A stretch of 51,709 bases of DNA, taken from Thecamonas trahens ATCC 50062. Its lineage: Eukaryota; Protista; Apusomonadida. The translations under genes and the position numbers were made by a program. The stretch is taken from positions 1 through 51,709 of the forward strand of contig NW_013657614.1 in the NCBI RefSeq assembly GCF_000142905.1, read 5' to 3'. The notes under the pieces are model-generated. The model saw only the letters and a list, made by a program, of their open reading frames with translations, did not search any database and was not told the origin of the DNA. This document shows, piece after piece, positions 46,136-51,709 of this stretch; positions within the stretch are counted from its first letter, which is position 1; every line of letters begins with the position of its first letter.

Positions 46136-46721
46136 GAGGGGGGAGGGTGGGTGTGTCGTACGGGTGGTGTAGAGGTCATAGGGAAGGCATTGTGTGACTT
46201 TCACCTCTACGGCGCGTATACTTGCCGCGCTGTGGCCATGGGGGGGCGTTGGTGTGGTCGTCAGGGTGCCGTGGTGTGCCTCGTCGCTGCCGCAGGGGTC
46301 TGCTGGTGGTGCTGGGGTGCCTCTCCGCGCGCAGAAGGCCACGTTCGGCGTACGGCCCGGAATTGCAAATTATTCCTTCCAATGGCTGGGCCACCATTTT
46401 TTTGGTCATTTGTTCCATTATTTGTCACTCGATTATCACTCGTTCATTTCGTCATTGTCCAGTTCAATCGTTGGATTTCGGCCATCTTTGCTTGCCAATC
46501 GACGCACGGCCGCGAACGCAGCCGTCTGAACGCCAAAACGACGCCGCTGCTGCCACTGACGCCTCCGCAAGGTTAACAACACACACCACGGCACCCTGGC
46601 GACCACGCCGAGCCCCCCATGACCATAGCGCGGCAAGTATACGCGCCGTAGAGGTGAAAGTCACATAATGCCTTCCCTATGACCTCTACACCACCCGTAC
46701 GACATACCCACCCTCCCCCTC
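46136..46721. repeat. Long inverted repeat: arms ~46136-46278 and ~46582-46721, ~300-bp spacer; right arm runs into an N gap
   Basis: manual alignment shows ~140 bp with 7 substitutions and 3 single-base indels. Confidence 0.93.
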
Positions 46722-46989
46722 NNNNNNNNNNNNNNNNNNNNNNNNNNNNNNNNNNNNNNNNNNNNNNNNNNNNNNNNNNNNNNNNNNNNNNNNNNNNNNN
46801 NNNNNNNNNNNNNNNNNNNNNCGCTCTTTGTTTTCGAGGTGGTGGCTCCAGACACCTGTGGCCGCCGTGCGGCGAAATGGTCAACCAAGCTGGCCAAGGG
46901 GGGGGGTGCAGCACAAAAAATATTTTGGCACCCCCCACCCAAACCTTGCTCACCTTTCCCCCCCCCCCCCCCCCGCCGTCCAGTCCAGC

Positions 46990-47852
46990 ATGACCAAGTC
47001 TTCCACCTCATCCAAGGCCTCGTCTGCGACACTGAATGAGACATCCGAAGAATACCTCGCAGCTGTGTCTCTCGCTGGGCTTCTCGTGTGGGTATTCAAG
47101 GACATCGCTGGTCTGGACGCAATGCCCGTGGTTGTTTTTGTCCCGGCAGCTGTTGCTTGCTTTGCACACGTTTCTCCCCACGTATGGACCCCAGAAGGGC
47201 AAGGCTAACGACGCCTTTTCCAATGCACTTCGCTTGGTCAAGCCTGAGATGATCCAGATCTTCCTGTGCGTGCTCAGCCCCGAGTGGAATAGGGATGACG
47301 TCATGGTGAGCGGCGCCGATCGCGATGAAGGCTATCAAGGCCATGCTGAGCGACCATCACGGTACCCTGGCCAGCGCGTGCGCCCAGCCGTGTACCAAAC
47401 AGCTCAAGGCGATTGTCAAGTACCTGGGTGGTGGCTCGCCCAAGGCTATCGAGACCGGGGGCAGCAAGACTGTTACTGGTGGCCCACCGGTGCCGGCTAC
47501 CTCGCCGCCATCCCAGCCTCTGGACTGGGCCGCGCTGAGTGCTTTAGCGAACAAGTCCGACTGCCGCACTGATGCCGACCCAGCACAGCCTCCGGGCCCG
47601 TCTCTGAACGGGGCCTTGGTCGGAGTCATCTTGGCCGAGTTTGACAGCCGCTCTGCTACCTTGGAGGCATGGACACTCTCGTCCACGTCCTCGCGATCAG
47701 GCTCGCATGCCTTCACTGGCAGAAAGCGCGGCCGGGATGACGACGACGACGGCAGGCGAGAGTATGAATGCATGGACAAGGAGCTTTGCGAGCTCCAGTC
47801 TGACATCCCGCGTTTGGTTATGGAGTCGGTTTGTGTCCTGAAGCACAGGTGA
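46990..47852 (+). pseudogene. Probable frameshifted orphan gene (three overlapping ORFs in successive frames)
   Basis: ATG 46990 after a C-tract; coding-like segments switch frame near 47150 and 47320. Confidence 0.4.
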
Positions 47853-48007
47853 GCCTGGCATGACTGTGGCATCGCGCGATGTCCTCAGTCGCCAGTGCGC
47901 AGCGGCCAGCCTGTAGCCGTGCCGTCGCCCACAACCGGTTAAACCTGTCATCTACACCGTCGAAGCAGGTGGTTGGTCTAGGTACAGAGGGGGGGTTTAA
48001 GACTAGC

Positions 48008-49518
48008 CTAGAGCTCTGAGGTCGCCGAAGCAGGTGTCGAGCTCGCACTCGAGCCCGAGCTCGAGCCCGAGCTCGAGCCGGAGCCTGAGCCCGAGCTCGA
48101 CGAGCATGTTGCCATCCTATACCCATCAACAGTGACATCGTGATGGTCGCTCGAGGTACTCGCCGAGTATGAGAACGAGGCTTCGTCTTCGTGCGACCCG
48201 CCATGGGCAGCCACCCGCATCCGCTGCGGGGTGGCGACGTTGAGGTTGAGCAAGAGGTCGACAGCCGAATCAGAGTCTGCGCCGCCAGGCGACGAGGCTT
48301 GGAGCTCGCGGAGGCTAGATTGCGAGCGCATTTGGCTGGTTGCCTGCCGCAGCAGCGACGACATGTCATGGTTGCTCCGGTTGGGGACCATGCCATCGAC
48401 CGATGCCGCCGATGCCGAGTCGTTGAGCATGTCGCGGGCAAGCGTTGCCGAGTCCTCCCGCTGGAGCAACGCGATGGCGTCGACGTCGAGGTCGAGCTGC
48501 TCAAGATCAAGGAGCGCGGCGTCGATGTCCTCTTCTGAGCTCGACGATCCGCCCGACCCGGGCTCCTTCCCCGCTTCCACCCGCGCCGCTCGCCGCAGTG
48601 CCTCCTGGTGCATGCGGTCGCGCTCCTCGGCCTCCTTTCGCATGTCGGGCACCAACATCCGGTTCTCAAACAGATGCAAGTCGCCGCCGGTCCGCACCTG
48701 AGCCGGACCGGGACTCGCGCTCGCTGCCGCCGCACTCGCCGGCGCCACCGGTGCGGTGGCATCCGGCAGCGTCTCGCCACTTGCCGCCCGCGCGGTCTCG
48801 GCCGACTGCGCTGCGCTGACTAGTCTGCGGATGGTGTCTTGCCCGCGTGCTTGTGCGGCCACAGCCCGCTCCTCACGCGTCTCCTTCTCTCTTTTCGAGA
48901 TGGTGCGGATGCAGCACAAGGCAACAACAATGATGATGCAGATGACAAGCGCGAGGATGTACACCATGTGAATCCACCAAGCCATGCCGATGTACGCGTC
49001 AATCCACGCGCCCATGCTTTCGCGGCCCGATCCGCCGTCGAGTGGCGTCGAGTCCTTGCAGTTGATGCGAAAGGTAAACAACGCCGATGTGTCGGGGCAG
49101 TCGCCTCGGAACACGCCATCGATCAGCTCAAGCCCCACACACGACGCCGTCGCGTTGCACCATCCGCACGTCGTGGTCTCCGCATTCGCTGCCGTACAGA
49201 GTCCGCAACGAGGCACCAGCGTACAATCTGATCAAAGCCCGCCACATCGCCCGACAGCCCGCCACACACACACACACACACACACCCGCGAGCACAGCAC
49301 CCACATCCACATCATCTCCCATGGATGAGTCCAGGACCCCCTCCGCCGCTAACGATTCTGACTATGTTCCACAATCGATGGCAGACGGCGAGCTGATCCC
49401 CCCTCTGACGCCCGACTCATCGCCATGACGTACTTGTGCCAGCCGCAGGCACTGTCATGACTAGCAAGCCTAACAGCAACAGCATCACACATATGCGCGG
49501 CTGTAAGCCTATAAGCAT
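48008..49518 (-). CDS. Type I membrane protein: signal peptide, PSI-like Cys domain, TM helix, acidic/Ser tail (PTTG1IP-like architecture); intron 49228-49433
   Basis: exon 1 MLIGLQPRICVMLLLLGLLVMTVPAAGT; A|GTACGT..ATCAG|AT in phase; C..CGLC..CGWCNATASC..C..C; ILALVICIIIVVALCC. Confidence 0.8.
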
Positions 49519-49621
49519 GCCAACTTTCGCTAGGCCAAGTGTAGTATCACTCTACTCTAACTCCTCTGTCTCGACCGCCGCGTGGGTGATGTGGTGAACA
49601 GCGGCGCCAAACCACCGCAAT

Positions 49622-49925
49622 GCCACAACCAACCGCCCGCCCGCCAACCAGCCAACCAACCAACCGACCGCCCGCCAACCAGCCAACCAACCAACCAACC
49701 GCTAACCAGCCAACCAACCAACCAACCGACCGCCAACCAGCCAACCAACCGCCAGCCAACCAGCCAACCAACCGCCAGCCACCCGTCGGCAGCCAACCGC
49801 CCACCACTCTACCGCCAACCGCCCACCACTCACCCAACCCGCCAACCGCCCACCACTCACCGTCAGCCAACCCGCCAACCGCCTGCCACTCACCGTCAGC
49901 CAACCCGCCAACCGCCTGCCACTCC
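49622..49925. repeat. (CCAA/CCAG/CCGC)n degenerate microsatellite grading into ~36-nt units
   Basis: direct reading. Confidence 0.85.
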
Positions 49926-50086
49926 CGACTCTGTCCATGACCACCGCCCGCCGGAGAAAGGGACGCACGACGACACCCACGACGACAACCCCCACCACCA
50001 CCACCACCACTACCACTACCACCGTCCGCACCCCCACCCCGTCCACGCCGGCCACGCCCCACACCCCAACCTCGCCCATCCCCAAC

Positions 50087-50866
50087 ATGTCCGGGAACAA
50101 CACCAAGACTTCGGACAGCTCTCTCGCCCGCATGCATCTCGCTCGCTCATCGCCACCCGCTGCTGCTCCCGTCGTCGTCTCGGGCGTGTACTCGGCTGCC
50201 AAGCTCTCCATCACTCGCCCGCAGGCGTATCCGGTTCCGAGCCGGGCAGACATTGATGACATCGCCGCTCTCGGATCGTTGCCCGTCCCGAGCTCTGCGC
50301 CTGGTCTGCCGGGAGATGCTTATGATCCGCCGGCTTCGGCGGCTCTTGCGCAAGACGAGCTGGATGAGCTTGCTGCCCACATCCATGTTGTTGCTCCCGC
50401 GCTCGATGCCAAGCTCACTGTAGAGCCGTACTCGCAGCCGGGCCAGAGCCGCGCTCTGCTGGACGCCAGAGGCGTGACTGCCACTGTGGACGATGCTGGC
50501 GTTGCCTTTCCGTTTCCAGCTGACGCTGCTGCTGCCGATCCGCTCCCGCTCGCCTTTCGCCTCCCTCCTGCCCGCGTCCCGCACAGCAAGATCAACGCGG
50601 CCGCTCCGCGCGCCGGCTGCTGGGACGTGCCGGCGAGTGTGTTGAGCCAGCTGCAGGCCGCCACTGCCGCCCACGTCGACGCCGTCGCCGCTGCCGCCAA
50701 CCCCAACTCCTCGCGCTCAAAGCGCGACCGCCGCGCCCGCGACGACCACCGTGACGACCGCAACGCTGCGGGCGACCGCGACCGCGATGACCGCGATCGC
50801 GACGCCGCCGCCGACGCCGACCCGCGCCGCGGCCCGCGCTCCAAGCGCGAACGTCGGCGATTCTGA
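50087..50866 (+). CDS. Hypothetical protein with Arg/Asp-rich C-terminus
   Basis: ATG 50087, 259 aa, ends SKRERRRF, convergent with the next gene. Confidence 0.6.
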   Translation: MSGNNTKTSDSSLARMHLARSSPPAAAPVVVSGVYSAAKLSITRPQAYPVPSRADIDDIAALGSLPVPSSAPGLPGDAYDPPASAALAQDELDELAAHIHVVAPALDAKLTVEPYSQPGQSRALLDARGVTATVDDAGVAFPFPADAAAADPLPLAFRLPPARVPHSKINAAAPRAGCWDVPASVLSQLQAATAAHVDAVAAAANPNSSRSKRDRRARDDHRDDRNAAGDRDRDDRDRDAAADADPRRGPRSKRERRRF

Positions 50867-50921
50867 CCGCCCTACCACATGCGTAAAGCTGAACCATACT
50901 GTTGTGCTTGTTATTCTGCGC

Positions 50922-51709
50922 TCATGCCGGCGCAAACGAGAGCCGCAGATGCCGCCCGCCGAGCGCGACGTCGTTAAGGAGCGCGAGCGCGTTGACCGCG
51001 TTGGCGAGAGTAGCAAAGGTGATGAGCGCCCGCCGCTTGCTCTTCATGTGCACCGTGGTCACTGTTCCGCCGCACTGCTCAAAGTGCTGCGCGAGAAGCT
51101 CCTCGGTCACGCCAGTCTTGGGCAGGTGCGAGACGAGGAGCATTTCCGACGGCGGCCTGATGCGCTTCTCGAGCGAGTGTGACGCCATGTTGGCCGCAAA
51201 CGGGTTGAGCGGCGACGCAGAGTACTTGGTCACGATGTACGCGTTGCGGACTGCCTCCAGCGACGTCACGCCGTCCGGCCCGGCCTCCACGCGCAGCATG
51301 CCCGAGAAGAGCGGCATGCCGTGGAGGTGCTTGGCCACGAGCTGTGCGTGTTCGGTCATGCCCATCTCCACTAGCACCTTGTCCGGCACTCCGTCGTCGG
51401 CCGGGAACCCGATGGCCCGCACATGTCCAAAGCCGCAAAAGATGTTGAAGAGCGTGTCAGCCTCGACCCGAATCTCGTCGAGCCCGGTCACCGCCAGCAC
51501 CGGCGTCGAGACTCGCTTAAGCGGCTTGATTGGCACCGTGTACGAAGAAATGCCGAGCTTGGCTGGCAGCGACGAGTTGCGGTATATTGGCGGCCGCGCA
51601 CGTGGGTCCGCGCTTGCGCCACTCACACGCCGCCCACTCTCAGCCCGAGCCGCCGGCCCGGGCGCGTATCCGCTCTCGTGGATCGGCGCCAGCGCCGACG
51701 CCACCGGCC
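50922..51709 (-). CDS. PTB/hnRNP-L-like RNA-binding protein, last two RRMs (5' part outside the window)
   Basis: PVLAVTGL..DTLFNIFCGFGHV..VLVEM..HLHG, SPLNPF, PPSEMLLVSHLP..VTEE..ALITF..LRLSFA. Confidence 0.82.
   Translation of the reverse strand, partial: PVASALAPIHESGYAPGPAARAESGRRVSGASADPRARPPIYRNSSLPAKLGISSYTVPIKPLKRVSTPVLAVTGLDEIRVEADTLFNIFCGFGHVRAIGFPADDGVPDKVLVEMGMTEHAQLVAKHLHGMPLFSGMLRVEAGPDGVTSLEAVRNAYIVTKYSASPLNPFAANMASHSLEKRIRPPSEMLLVSHLPKTGVTEELLAQHFEQCGGTVTTVHMKSKRRALITFATLANAVNALALLNDVALGGRHLRLSFAPA

Noticed and set aside
46640-46695. GTAGAGGTGAAA as an SSU rRNA fragment or hammerhead core
   Set aside because: Match too short, no flanking rRNA similarity and no CUGANGA motif

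Overview
Gene-dense, GC-rich eukaryotic (protist-like) draft-assembly window with spliceosomal GT-AG introns, short intergenic spacers, microsatellites and six N gaps. The style suggests an apusomonad such as Thecamonas, but that is a guess. About 20 genes are supportable: a coiled-coil protein; two head-to-head SNF2 ATPases (RING/Rad5-Uls1-like and ATRX/ARIP4-like); a repeat protein with a SKP1/BTB-like C-terminus; a prokaryote-type TmcA RNA cytidine acetyltransferase; an amidase; a bacterial-type VOC protein; pyruvate kinase; LRMDA; cyclophilin-40; a kelch protein; COMMD3; a BRWD/PHIP homologue; a TPR-IQ-10xC2 protein; an actin-fragmin-kinase/nitrilase fusion; a PSI-domain membrane protein; a PTB/hnRNP-L-like RRM protein; and orphans. 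Most notable are the AFK-nitrilase fusion, the prokaryote-like TmcA and VOC genes, a ~140 bp inverted repeat whose substitutions favour G-U pairing on one strand, a pyruvate kinase with a spliced NLS-like leader, operon-like spacing, and three -1 frameshifts in otherwise intact genes. All calls are motif recognition by eye; no searches were run.
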